From positions 1-32,772 of the forward strand of contig JBJMMA010000181.1 of assembly GCA_045805065.1 (NCBI GenBank): a DNA stretch of 32,772 bases. The letters run 5' to 3'. The translations under genes were made by a program, and so were the position numbers. The notes under the pieces are model-generated. The model was not told where the DNA came from. It ran no database searches and saw only the letters and a list, made by a program, of their open reading frames with translations. Shown in pieces: positions 17,398 through 26,641 of this stretch (positions are counted from its first letter, which is position 1; each line of letters begins with the position of its first letter). The DNA is from Bdellovibrionia bacterium. GTDB taxonomy: Bacteria; Bdellovibrionota; UBA1018.

Positions 17398-18374
17398 GCG
17401 CAACCCCCGCCCCGGCCCCCGAATTTAAACCCAAGCATCTGCTTGCAGCATCTGATCTGACAGCGTCCGAGATCAGAGGAATTCTTGCAGCGGCACGCGC
17501 CTTCGCCCCGCACGTCGATAAGGGCGAGAGCATCCCGCTTCTTCAAGGCAAGACGGTGGTGAATCTGTTCTTTGAAAACTCAACGCGCACTCGCACTTCC
17601 TTTGAGCTTGCGACAAGAAAGCTCGGTGGCGGCACGCTCAATTTCGCGGCGTCCTCCTCTAGTACCGCCAAAGGCGAAACTCTGATCGATACCGCAAAGA
17701 ACATCGAAGCCATGCGCCCGGATTGCCTGGTGGTGAGGCACGCATCCGCCGGAGCGCCCCGCACACTTTCGCATCGAGTGGCGGTTCCGGTCGTCAACGC
17801 AGGCGATGGATTTCACGAGCATCCAACGCAAGGGCTCTTGGACGTCTACACGATGGAAGAAAAGCTGGGGAACATCTCCGGCAAGCGCGTCCTGATCATG
17901 GGCGATATCGCCCACAGCCGTGTGGCACGCTCGAACATCCACGTTCTGAGAAAGCTTGGAGCTTCGGTCGCCGTTTGCGGACCTCCTACCCTTCTTCCAC
18001 CTGATCCCAAAGCGCTGGGCGTTGACTTTGCGTATCGTCCTGAGGATCTGCTCAAGGATGCTGACGTTGTCATGTGCCTGCGCATTCAGCTGGAGCGTCA
18101 GAACAAGATGCAGCTTCCAACTCTGGGCGAGTACGCCAAGTTCTGGGGGCTCAATCGTGAGCGCGCAAAGCTTTTAAAACCTTCGACGATCATTCTGCAT
18201 CCAGGCCCGATCAATCGTGGCGTGGAGCTTGATCCGGTCGTGGCCGATGAGCCTCGCTCCGTCATTCTCAGCCAGGTCTCAAACGGCGTGGTGGTCAGAA
18301 TGGCGGTTCTTGCTTCGGTCGTAAATCCAACAGGCCTTGAAAACTGGCTAAGACAGGGAGGCCATCGTGCCTGA
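17394..18374 (+). CDS. pyrB: Aspartate carbamoyltransferase catalytic subunit
   Basis: FFENSTRTRTSF, NAGDGFHEHPTQ, GDIAHSRVARS, LRIQLER, HPGPINRGVE. Confidence 0.97.
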   Translation: MSATPAPAPEFKPKHLLAASDLTASEIRGILAAARAFAPHVDKGESIPLLQGKTVVNLFFENSTRTRTSFELATRKLGGGTLNFAASSSSTAKGETLIDTAKNIEAMRPDCLVVRHASAGAPRTLSHRVAVPVVNAGDGFHEHPTQGLLDVYTMEEKLGNISGKRVLIMGDIAHSRVARSNIHVLRKLGASVAVCGPPTLLPPDPKALGVDFAYRPEDLLKDADVVMCLRIQLERQNKMQLPTLGEYAKFWGLNRERAKLLKPSTIILHPGPINRGVELDPVVADEPRSVILSQVSNGVVVRMAVLASVVNPTGLENWLRQGGHRA

Positions 18375-19662
18375 GCTTCAATCGATTCTCATTAAAAACG
18401 GAAGAATCATCGATCCATCTCGCAACTATGATGCCCCAGGCGATCTTCTGATCGAGAATGGCAAAATCGCTGCCCTGGATCAGCCAGGAAAAATCCCTGC
18501 AAGCAAGGCTCAAACGGTGATCGACGCCAAAGGGGCCTGGATCCTGCCGGGCCTGATCGACATCCACGTCCATCTTCGTGAGCCAGGATTAGAGTATAAG
18601 GAGACGATCGAGACCGGCACTCGCGCAGCCGTGGCAGGAGGTTTTACTTCCGTAGCCTGCATGGCAAACACCAGCCCCGTGAACGACACTCCTTATGTGA
18701 CCGCTTTTATCCGCGAGCGCGCCAAGGCTACAGCCTTGTGCCGGGTCTATCCTGTGGGCGCTGTGACCAAGGGTCTGAAAGGCGAAGAATTGGCCGAAAT
18801 CGGTGGAATGGTTGCCGAAGGCGCCTTTGCCTTAAGCGATGACGGCATGCCGGTCATGAACAGCTACCTCATGCGCAAAGCGATGGATTACGCCAAGGCG
18901 TTTGGCGTCCCGATCATCAGCCACGCCGAAGACTGGAACCTCGTCGGACAAGGCATGATGAACGAGGGCTCGCTCTCCAATGAGCTTGGACTCAGAGGAA
19001 ATCCAGCCGCAGCCGAAGAAATCATGGTTGCGCGCGAGATCGCGCTCTGCCGCCTGACCCGTTGTCCAGTTCATATCGCTCACCTTTCGACAGAGGTGGG
19101 TCTTGAGCATGTCCGCCGAGCGAAGGAAGCAGGACTTCCCGTGACGGCCGAAGCCTCCCCCCATCATCTCACCTTAGATGAGTCTTGCCTCAGAACCTAC
19201 GATACCCGCTTTAAAATGGCCCCACCCCTTCGCGGTGAAAAAGACGTCGAAGCTTTGCGGAACGCAGTTGCCGATGGAACGGTTGATGTCATTGCAACCG
19301 ACCATGCTCCTCACGGCGAAATTGACAAAGCAGTCGAGTTTGACCAGGCAGCCAACGGAATCATCGGACTCCAAACGGCAATTCCGCTGACTTTGAAGCT
19401 CGTTCATGACGGAATCGTCTCGCCGATGCGCTGGGTGGAATCGTTAACCGTCAAGCCCGCCCGTCTTTTGAACTTGCCGCTCGGCACGCTCCAGGTGGGC
19501 AAAGACGCGGATGTCACATTACTTCAGGCAAATGAGAAGTGGGTGTTGACCGAAGACCGCATTCTCTCTAAAAGCATAAACACACCTTTCTTAGGTTGGG
19601 AGTTCCAAGGCAAAATAATGGCCACAGTAGTAGGCGGAAAAATCCAATATGCAGACTTTTGA
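18367..19662 (+). CDS. pyrC: Dihydroorotase (multifunctional complex type)
   Basis: DIHVHLREPG, SHAED, HIAHLS, KMAPPLR, ATDHAPH. GTG start with SD GGAGG. Confidence 0.95.
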   Translation: MPELQSILIKNGRIIDPSRNYDAPGDLLIENGKIAALDQPGKIPASKAQTVIDAKGAWILPGLIDIHVHLREPGLEYKETIETGTRAAVAGGFTSVACMANTSPVNDTPYVTAFIRERAKATALCRVYPVGAVTKGLKGEELAEIGGMVAEGAFALSDDGMPVMNSYLMRKAMDYAKAFGVPIISHAEDWNLVGQGMMNEGSLSNELGLRGNPAAAEEIMVAREIALCRLTRCPVHIAHLSTEVGLEHVRRAKEAGLPVTAEASPHHLTLDESCLRTYDTRFKMAPPLRGEKDVEALRNAVADGTVDVIATDHAPHGEIDKAVEFDQAANGIIGLQTAIPLTLKLVHDGIVSPMRWVESLTVKPARLLNLPLGTLQVGKDADVTLLQANEKWVLTEDRILSKSINTPFLGWEFQGKIMATVVGGKIQYADF

Positions 19663-20854
19663 GCATGAAGCAAAACGCGGCGTCCTGATCCTGGAAGACG
19701 GATCTGAGTTTGACGGCTACCTCTTTGGGGCACCGGTCAGCGCAGAATCCATCCGGGCGGCCCAGCGTGCGACGCTCAACTGGCAGCGTGACCGGGGTTA
19801 CGGCGAAGTCGTCTTCAACACCTCGCTGACGGGTTATCAGGAGATCCTGACCGATCCTTCTTATTACGGTCAGATGATCTGCATGACTAACCCCCATATT
19901 GGAAACACGGGCGTTAACTTTGACGACCCTGAAAGCGACCATCCATGGTGCGCGGGTTTCATTGTTCATGAACCATCGGCCTCCATTTCCAACTGGCGCG
20001 CCAAGGGCAGCCTGGATGATTATCTCAAAACCCATGCGATTCCTGGCATCTTTGGGATTGATACGCGCGGCCTGACCCGCCACCTGCGCTCCTCAGGCGT
20101 TACTCGCGGCGTGATTCTGCCTATGGAAGAAAAACATCTGGCCAAGCAGCTTTTGGCTGAGCTTCCTAAGTTTGAAGGCCGCGATCTCATCGGCGAAGTC
20201 ACAACCGCCGAGCCTTACGCGTGGAAAACTCCAGAAGCCAGCGACTCATTTTCTCCGACAGCATCGATGCCCAAGGCGGATGGCAAGAAATACAAAGTGG
20301 TCGCACTCGATTTTGGAACCAAAAGAAACCTGCTTCGCAGCCTCTCACACTTTGGCTGCGACATTGAAGTCGTTCCAGCCAAGACCACCGCGGCAGAGAT
20401 CCTTGCTCGCAAGCCTGACGGGGTCTTTCTCTCCAACGGACCTGGCGATCCAGCGGCTGCTCCTTATGCCGCCCAGACTGTTTCTGAGCTTGTCGGCAAA
20501 ACACCTCTCTTTGGCGTTTGCATGGGACATCAGATCCTATCGCTTGCCATGGGCGGACGCACTTATAAGCTCAAGTTCGGCCATCGCGGAGCCAACCAAC
20601 CTGTTTTGGATAAGACCACAGGTCGGGTGGAGATCAGCTCCCAAAACCACGGTTACGCCGTGGACGCGACTTCGCTTCCAAGTGATATCGAAGTCACTCA
20701 CATCAATCTGAATGATAAAACAGTTGCGGGAATTGCTATTCCCAAAGCGCGCGCCTTCTCTGTACAATATCATCCAGAGTCCTGTCCCGGCCCTCATGAT
20801 TCTCAGGAGCTTTTTGAGCGCTTCGTGAAGTTGATGGCCGAATCCAAGAAATAA
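19649..20854 (+). CDS. carA: Carbamoyl-phosphate synthase small subunit
   Basis: GEVVFNTSLTGYQEILTDPSY, LSNGPGDP, GVCMGHQ, SQNHG, VQYHPE. Confidence 0.97.
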   Translation: MQTFEHEAKRGVLILEDGSEFDGYLFGAPVSAESIRAAQRATLNWQRDRGYGEVVFNTSLTGYQEILTDPSYYGQMICMTNPHIGNTGVNFDDPESDHPWCAGFIVHEPSASISNWRAKGSLDDYLKTHAIPGIFGIDTRGLTRHLRSSGVTRGVILPMEEKHLAKQLLAELPKFEGRDLIGEVTTAEPYAWKTPEASDSFSPTASMPKADGKKYKVVALDFGTKRNLLRSLSHFGCDIEVVPAKTTAAEILARKPDGVFLSNGPGDPAAAPYAAQTVSELVGKTPLFGVCMGHQILSLAMGGRTYKLKFGHRGANQPVLDKTTGRVEISSQNHGYAVDATSLPSDIEVTHINLNDKTVAGIAIPKARAFSVQYHPESCPGPHDSQELFERFVKLMAESKK

Positions 20855-20886
20855 CTTGGGAAATAATTTGGGAAGTCGCGCGCAAA

Positions 20887-21528
20887 ATGTATCAAAAGTA
20901 CTTAGAACCGATCATCGAAGAATTCACCACCGGCGAGTATTACCGCGAAGTTTATAACGCCAAACAGGAGTATTTCGATAAAGCCGGAATCGTTTATGAG
21001 GACGACAGTGAGTTCGATCAGCGCATGTCGATTTTCATGGATTGGTACCTCTTTGATCGCGACCTTCCGGGCGTTGACCTGCCGCCGATCAAGTACTATT
21101 TCCGCCAGCACAAGGATCGCTTTTCAAGCGAGGAGCTAAATATCTATCGTGATTTTTGCTCGACGATCCATTCCATTTTCCGCCTCAAGCGCTTCACCTG
21201 GACAGGCTCTGGGTTTGTAGTCCAGGACTTGTTCTCGAACAAAACTTACACCGTGCGTGATGCCGAGATTAACAAGGGCTTTGCCCGGGGCGACGTATTT
21301 GAGGCTCGCATTATTCCATTCAAGGGAAGCTACGAGTTCTCACGCGGTTTCTGCTTTCATCCCGCAGAGATGGAATCTTTCATCTTGGGCGAGATCAAGA
21401 AAGTCCGCTTCCAAGATAAGAGCCGTCAGACCAAGCTGATTCTCCAGTTGGCAGCCATGAAGCTGAAACACTTAAGGTTTCAGCACATCGATATTCGGCA
21501 CATCTATACGCTGGATTCTAAGTTTTAA
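20887..21528 (+). CDS. Conserved-looking hypothetical cytoplasmic protein
   Basis: 213-aa ORF with core-like codon usage, directly after carA. Aromatic-rich (FMDWYLFDR, GFCFHP). No family recognised. Confidence 0.8.
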   Translation: MYQKYLEPIIEEFTTGEYYREVYNAKQEYFDKAGIVYEDDSEFDQRMSIFMDWYLFDRDLPGVDLPPIKYYFRQHKDRFSSEELNIYRDFCSTIHSIFRLKRFTWTGSGFVVQDLFSNKTYTVRDAEINKGFARGDVFEARIIPFKGSYEFSRGFCFHPAEMESFILGEIKKVRFQDKSRQTKLILQLAAMKLKHLRFQHIDIRHIYTLDSKF

Positions 21529-21710
21529 AGGGGTCTGGCAAAACAGGGTGGCGTAAAATGCTACAGCTGTTTCAAGTTGCAACACTGCGAAATCACACAC
21601 TTTTTTCTCTTGTCATCCCGGTTCAAGAGGAGGAAGATGACATCATAGCGAAAGGCAATTAGGCCTTTCTAAAACATTGATAGCGTCCAAAAGACGCTAG
21701 GAGAAATACT

Positions 21711-21956
21711 ATGAAGAAGCTCGTTCTTGCTATGATGGTTGTTTTCGCATCCGCATCTGCTTTCGCTGAAGAACACACTGCTGCTGCTCCAGCTGCTACC
21801 ACCGGCACCACCGCTGCTGCTCCAGCTGCAACGGCAACCGAAGGCGCTGCTGCTAAGACCGAAACCACGACCGAAAAGAAGACCACCAAGAAGGCTAAGA
21901 AGCACGCTCACAAGAAGCATGCTAAGAAGGCTGAAGGCGAAGCAAAGGCTGAGTAA
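21711..21956 (+). CDS. Small secreted low-complexity protein, acid-shock (Asr)-like
   Basis: SD AGGAG. Signal peptide MKKLVLAMMVVFASASAFA, Ala/Thr/Pro repeats, Lys/His-rich tail KKAKKHAHKKHAKK. Has its own terminator. Confidence 0.8.
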   Translation: MKKLVLAMMVVFASASAFAEEHTAAAPAATTGTTAAAPAATATEGAAAKTETTTEKKTTKKAKKHAHKKHAKKAEGEAKAE

Positions 21957-21981
21957 TTTCTCAGTATTTGTTGAGACTTTT

Positions 21982-22023
21982 AAAGCCCTGGCCCGCGAAA
22001 GCGACGCCGGGGCTTTTCTTTTT
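21982..22023 (+). terminator. Intrinsic terminator
   Basis: aaagccctggc...gccggggcttt stem capped by cgc-GAAA-gcg and followed by a T tract. Confidence 0.85.
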
Positions 22024-22054
22024 CCGGGCGATCATCCTATAGTGTTTAGACTCC

Positions 22055-23173
22055 ATGACGATGCTATCGCCCTCTCCTAAAAAGATTCTCGCCCTGAAGC
22101 TGCGCTCGCTCGGTGATACTGTCTTGATGACGGCCTCCTTGAATGAGCTCAAAAAGGCTTTTCCTAACGCCGAAATTCACGTGGCTGTCACTTCAACTTG
22201 GGCGCCTTTGCTGGAATCTCATCCGGCCATTAAAAAGCTTTGGACCTATGATCGGTATGCCGAGCGCGGAGCTCGCGCAAAAGCTGCTGCCCGCCTGGCG
22301 CTCAGACTGCGCAAGGAGCGCTTTGATTGCGTGGTCAACTTTCACGCAAGCCCTTCAAGCTCCATGATCTCGTTTGCCACGGGCGCGCGTGTTCGCTCCA
22401 TTCACTTCCATGGACACAAGGATCGGAATCGCCATTCGACCGTGACCGTGCCTGGAAAAGGCATTCTCAAGCCTATCATCGAGCGAGACATGGATACGCT
22501 TCGTGCGCTCGGCATTCATGCTCCTGCAGGAAGACTTCCTCAGATTTATCTTCAAGAGAGTGAAAAGAGCGACGCACGCGACACGCTTTCACGCCTGAGC
22601 CTTCCGCTTCCAATGCTGATGATTGGGCTTGGCGCAAGCCGACCCACCAAACGCTGGCCCGTGGACCGCTTTGCCTCACTGGCCGTGGAATGGGCTACAA
22701 AAAAACAAGGTGGCGTCCTTGCGATTGCGGGTCCGGATGAATTGACTGAAGCTCATGCCTTTCTGAAAGCAGTTGATGATCACCTTCTCATGGCTGTTCC
22801 AGACGCTGCTGAGCGCGCTCAGGTTCGTGCCCGTATTACATCCGAGAATCGTTTACCGCTTCGAAAACTTGCGGCGCTCATCTCCCAGGCATCCGTCTTT
22901 GTTGGAAACGACTCGGGTCCACGCCATATTGCAGTGGCTGTTGAAACTCCAAGCGTGACTCTTTTTGGTCCTGAGCATCCTTTTGAGTGGCATCCTTATC
23001 CTACGGATCGTCACCCCTATCACTTTATTGATGGCCTGGCTTGCCGGCGCGATGCACTTCCAGGCTATCCCGCGTGGTGTGGAATTGAGCCCTGCGTGGT
23101 CGAGCAACATCAATGCATGCGCCTGATCGGCGTGGATCAGGTATTTGCCGAGTGTGAGCGAGTATCCAAATGA
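22055..23173 (+). CDS. Glycosyltransferase family 9 (LPS heptosyltransferase-like)
   Basis: KILALKLRSLGDTVL, KRWP, FVGNDSGPRHIAVA, TLFGP. Confidence 0.9.
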   Translation: MTMLSPSPKKILALKLRSLGDTVLMTASLNELKKAFPNAEIHVAVTSTWAPLLESHPAIKKLWTYDRYAERGARAKAAARLALRLRKERFDCVVNFHASPSSSMISFATGARVRSIHFHGHKDRNRHSTVTVPGKGILKPIIERDMDTLRALGIHAPAGRLPQIYLQESEKSDARDTLSRLSLPLPMLMIGLGASRPTKRWPVDRFASLAVEWATKKQGGVLAIAGPDELTEAHAFLKAVDDHLLMAVPDAAERAQVRARITSENRLPLRKLAALISQASVFVGNDSGPRHIAVAVETPSVTLFGPEHPFEWHPYPTDRHPYHFIDGLACRRDALPGYPAWCGIEPCVVEQHQCMRLIGVDQVFAECERVSK

Positions 23174-23991
23174 GCCTTCCCGTTTCTGCCGTCATCATCA
23201 CTCGCAACGAGGAAAAGCACATTGCCAGATGCCTGGCATCACTGACCTGGGCCAATGAGATTGTTGTCATCGATGCAGAGAGCACCGATCGCACCGCCGA
23301 AATCTGCCAAGACCCTAAAGCTCCCTGGGCAAGCAAGCTCAAGTTCCTTCGTCGCGCATGGTCTGGCTTTAAAGATCAGAGAAACTTTTCGATCGACTCC
23401 GCTTCAAACGACTGGATCCTGGTCGTGGACGCTGACGAGATGTGCAGTGATGAGTTGAGAGAGAAAATCCATTCTCTCATGTCCCAGCCTGGTGGGCCGT
23501 CACGACGCGCTTACAAAGTCCGTCGCATTGAATACTTTTTAGGTAAGCCGATTTATCACGGCGTCTGGAACCCGAGCTATCAAGACCGCTTCTTCCACCG
23601 CGAGGGAGTTCGCTACACCAACGATATTCACGAGTATCCTGTGTTTCCCCAGATGCCAGAGGAAATTCATGAGCCTCTTCATCACTCACCGGATTTCGCC
23701 CCCGAGCGCTTCCTGGAGAAGATGAACAAGTACAACAGCATCGAGGCGATGGATCGCGTCCGTGCAGGACAGCGAACCAACCTGATTCACCTTCTGGGCT
23801 CAGGCCCTGCAATGTTCCTTAAGAATTACTTCTACTACGGGGCCTATAAAGACGGGATGCATGGCCTGATCATCTCGCTCCTTGAAGGAGTCTCTCGTGT
23901 TGTTCGTCACATCAAGATCTGGCAGTATACGGCGGAGCTCTCAAACTCCTCTTCGAATACTTCTGGAAATACTTTTGGAAAATCGAAATGA
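23170..23991 (+). CDS. Glycosyltransferase family 2 (WaaE/KdtX-like)
   Basis: SAVIITRNEE, IDAESTDRT, QRNF, VDADE, HE. ATGA overlap with the upstream gene. Confidence 0.9.
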   Translation: MSLPVSAVIITRNEEKHIARCLASLTWANEIVVIDAESTDRTAEICQDPKAPWASKLKFLRRAWSGFKDQRNFSIDSASNDWILVVDADEMCSDELREKIHSLMSQPGGPSRRAYKVRRIEYFLGKPIYHGVWNPSYQDRFFHREGVRYTNDIHEYPVFPQMPEEIHEPLHHSPDFAPERFLEKMNKYNSIEAMDRVRAGQRTNLIHLLGSGPAMFLKNYFYYGAYKDGMHGLIISLLEGVSRVVRHIKIWQYTAELSNSSSNTSGNTFGKSK

Positions 23992-24899
23992 AAGTCTCTG
24001 GCTTCACTCTCGTTCGCAACGGAACCCAGTTTGATTATCCTTACCTGGAAAGCCTGCGATCCCTTCTCCCTTTAGTGGACGAGCTGATTATCAACGTCGG
24101 CATCGGGGATGACGATACGCTTACGCGAATTCAGGCTTTTGCAGAAAACGAAGGCTCAGGCAAGGTGAAATGGTTTGAGAGCATATGGCCATTGAATGAC
24201 CCTGAAAAGAAAAAAGGCGGACTCATTCTTTCCGAGCAGACCAATCTGGCGCTCGACCGATGCACGGGCGATTGGTGCGTTTATCTTCAAGCCGATGAAG
24301 TCTTTCATGAGGATGATCGCGCAAGACTTCGCGCCGCCATGGAGAAGACTCTTTCAGACTCCGCCGTCGAGGGACTTCTTTTTGATTACGTGCATTTTTA
24401 TGGATCATTTGACGTCATTCAAGAAACCCGAAGCGCTTATCGCCGGGAGGTTCGCGCTTTCAAGCGCGCGTCCGGCGCAAGAAGCGTGGGAGATGCACAA
24501 AGTTTCCGCAAACCGGACGGAAGCAAGCTTCAGGTAGTTCGACCCGGAGCGCGTGTTTTCCACTATGGCTGGGTCAGAACGCCTGAGGCCATGAAAGAAA
24601 AAACCTATTTCATGGATCAGCTCTATCACGGCAATCCGGACGCCAAGGCGCAGGAAACAGGCACCCCACACACGGGTGATAATTATCGATACAAACGCTT
24701 CTGGGGCTTGAGGCCATTTCGCGGCTCACATCCTCTCGTCATGAAGACCCGCATTCAGAGCAAAGGGTGGCATTGGGATCTTACCCGCTCGCCTCTGGTC
24801 TGGACGTGGAAAGATTCCAAGAAAATTATTCTGGATTCAATTGAACGTATGACCGGACACCGCCTTTTTGAGTATCGCAGTTATCGACTGATCCGATAA
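23988..24899 (+). CDS. Glycosyltransferase family 2-like
   Basis: SGFTLVRNG, DDDT, WCVYLQADE, FHYGWVR. ATGA overlap. Confidence 0.85.
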   Translation: MKVSGFTLVRNGTQFDYPYLESLRSLLPLVDELIINVGIGDDDTLTRIQAFAENEGSGKVKWFESIWPLNDPEKKKGGLILSEQTNLALDRCTGDWCVYLQADEVFHEDDRARLRAAMEKTLSDSAVEGLLFDYVHFYGSFDVIQETRSAYRREVRAFKRASGARSVGDAQSFRKPDGSKLQVVRPGARVFHYGWVRTPEAMKEKTYFMDQLYHGNPDAKAQETGTPHTGDNYRYKRFWGLRPFRGSHPLVMKTRIQSKGWHWDLTRSPLVWTWKDSKKIILDSIERMTGHRLFEYRSYRLIR

Positions 24900-24909
24900 A
24901 GTTGTCACT

Positions 24910-25725
24910 ATGTCGTCCAAGCCGAAAGCATCGCTTTTTGTATCCACATATGAAATGCCCCGGCACCTGGAACTTGTCCTGGCGGGGCTTGCACGTCAGA
25001 CGACTCAGGACTTTGAGATTCTGATTTGCGACGATGGCTCCGGAAAAGAAACGCGCGACCTGATCGAGGAGTTTGCCAGTCGCTCACCCATTCCTGTGCG
25101 CCATTTCTGGCAAGAGCATCAGGGCTTTCGCAAGTGCAAGATCCTCAATCAAGCGGCGCGCGATGCTCAGGGCGACGTCTTCATCTTTCTGGATGGCGAT
25201 TGCGTTCCTCATCGCTACTACATTGAGGATCACTTAACGCAGCAAGAGGAAGGCTATTATCTCGCCGGCCGCCGAGTTGAGCTCTGTCCATGGATCAGCG
25301 CCAAGCTGACTCCCAAAGAAATTTCCGCAGGTTTTTTTGATCGTCCTCGCTGGAAGCTGCTCCGCAGTATCGTTCAAAAAGATTCTGAGTATCTCCAGCG
25401 CAGCATCCGCGTACCTTTCCAAGGGCTAAGAAAATTTCTTAAAATGGATCGTGTTGTGGACATGAAAGGCTGCAACTATTCCATCCCCCGCTCAGCGCTT
25501 GAAGCGCTCAACGGCTTTGATGAAGAATATGAAGGCTACGGTCGCGAGGACACGGATGTAGAGATTCGACTCCAAAACCTTGGCCTGAAGATCAAGTCCA
25601 TGAAAGGACTCGCACTTCAATTTCATGTTTGGCATCCACGTCGCGAGTTTACGCCTGCAAACGACACAAGACTGGAAGACCTAAAAAAGAGCCGTCGCGT
25701 CCGCGCAATCCGCGGCATGCGATAA
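24910..25725 (+). CDS. Glycosyltransferase family 2 with galactosyltransferase-like C-terminus
   Basis: CDDGS, FLDGDCVP, GCNYS, NGFDEEYEGYGREDTD, FHVWH. Confidence 0.9.
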   Translation: MSSKPKASLFVSTYEMPRHLELVLAGLARQTTQDFEILICDDGSGKETRDLIEEFASRSPIPVRHFWQEHQGFRKCKILNQAARDAQGDVFIFLDGDCVPHRYYIEDHLTQQEEGYYLAGRRVELCPWISAKLTPKEISAGFFDRPRWKLLRSIVQKDSEYLQRSIRVPFQGLRKFLKMDRVVDMKGCNYSIPRSALEALNGFDEEYEGYGREDTDVEIRLQNLGLKIKSMKGLALQFHVWHPRREFTPANDTRLEDLKKSRRVRAIRGMR

Positions 25726-25744
25726 AAGGTATGCCATACCTTTT
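25724..25744. repeat. 21-bp palindrome AAAAGGTATG-C-CATACCTTTT (terminator-like or dispersed palindrome)
   Basis: Perfect 10-bp arms overlapping the stop of the last GT2 in this operon. Confidence 0.6.
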
Positions 25745-25825
25745 GTTATAGCAGCGCGTCAAAGTATTGGCGGGGCAATGCCTCGATCGTTAAGAGTTCC
25801 AATATTCTTACCGATACGCTTCATG

Positions 25826-26641
25826 ATGGAAAACCCAGATCAACAGCGACCCGTTCGTCTCGATACCGCTTCCAAGCGAAGTGAGCGCAAAGGCTTTGCA
25901 GGCTTCTTTGAAACCCTGATGAGAAAGTTCTCAGTACTCCTTCAGGTGATGATGATGGTTCCGCTCTATGTCTTTGCCTGCGTGTGCGGAGGCTTGGGTC
26001 TTGCTCCTGCTCTTTATTTTTATCACTGGGCCGCCAAGGTCTCGCAAAACTGGCCATCGATTGCACAACACTTTGCAACGGGCACGAGTATCGTGGCTGC
26101 TTTCTTCATTTTTGGATTCTCATCCATCCTGATTCTTCCCGCAGTGAACTTTGTCACGCGCTCCAACCTCAAGGCATGGCGCGGGCCTTATTATTCGCTC
26201 GAAGCAATCCGCTGGTACATCCATAACGGCGCTGTCTACCTGCTTCGCTACAGCTTTCTTGAGTTCGTGACTCCAAGCCCATTTCTCAATTGGTTCTACC
26301 AACTCATGGGAATGAAGATCGGTCGCGGAACCATTATCAACTCCACACACATCTCAGATCCATCGCTGATCAGCATGGGCGAGAAGGTCACGATCGGGGG
26401 CTCTGCAGCCATCGTGGGCCACTACGGCCAGGGCGGATATCTTGTTCTTGCTCCTGTTGTGATTGAAGACAACGTCACGATCGGACTCAGAGCGATCATC
26501 ATGGGTGGAGCAATGATCGGAAAAGGCGCAAAGATCCTTCCAAACTCCGTAGTGCTTCCTAAAACCGTGATTCCAGCAGGCGAAACCTGGGGCGGAGTTC
26601 CAGCTCAGAAGATCACGGTCTTTAACCGTCACGCCGCTTAA
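25826..26641 (+). CDS. Membrane-anchored hexapeptide-repeat (left-handed beta-helix) acyltransferase
   Basis: Two TM segments, then GMKIGRGTII, ISMGEKVTIG, VVIEDNVTIG, AMIGKGAKI and WGGVPA. Start is ATG 25823 or 25826. Confidence 0.8.
   Translation: MENPDQQRPVRLDTASKRSERKGFAGFFETLMRKFSVLLQVMMMVPLYVFACVCGGLGLAPALYFYHWAAKVSQNWPSIAQHFATGTSIVAAFFIFGFSSILILPAVNFVTRSNLKAWRGPYYSLEAIRWYIHNGAVYLLRYSFLEFVTPSPFLNWFYQLMGMKIGRGTIINSTHISDPSLISMGEKVTIGGSAAIVGHYGQGGYLVLAPVVIEDNVTIGLRAIIMGGAMIGKGAKILPNSVVLPKTVIPAGETWGGVPAQKITVFNRHAA

Noticed and set aside
21659..21920. Minus-strand ORFs over the Asr-like gene
   Set aside because: They are shadows of low-complexity sequence. The plus frame has the SD, signal peptide and terminator.
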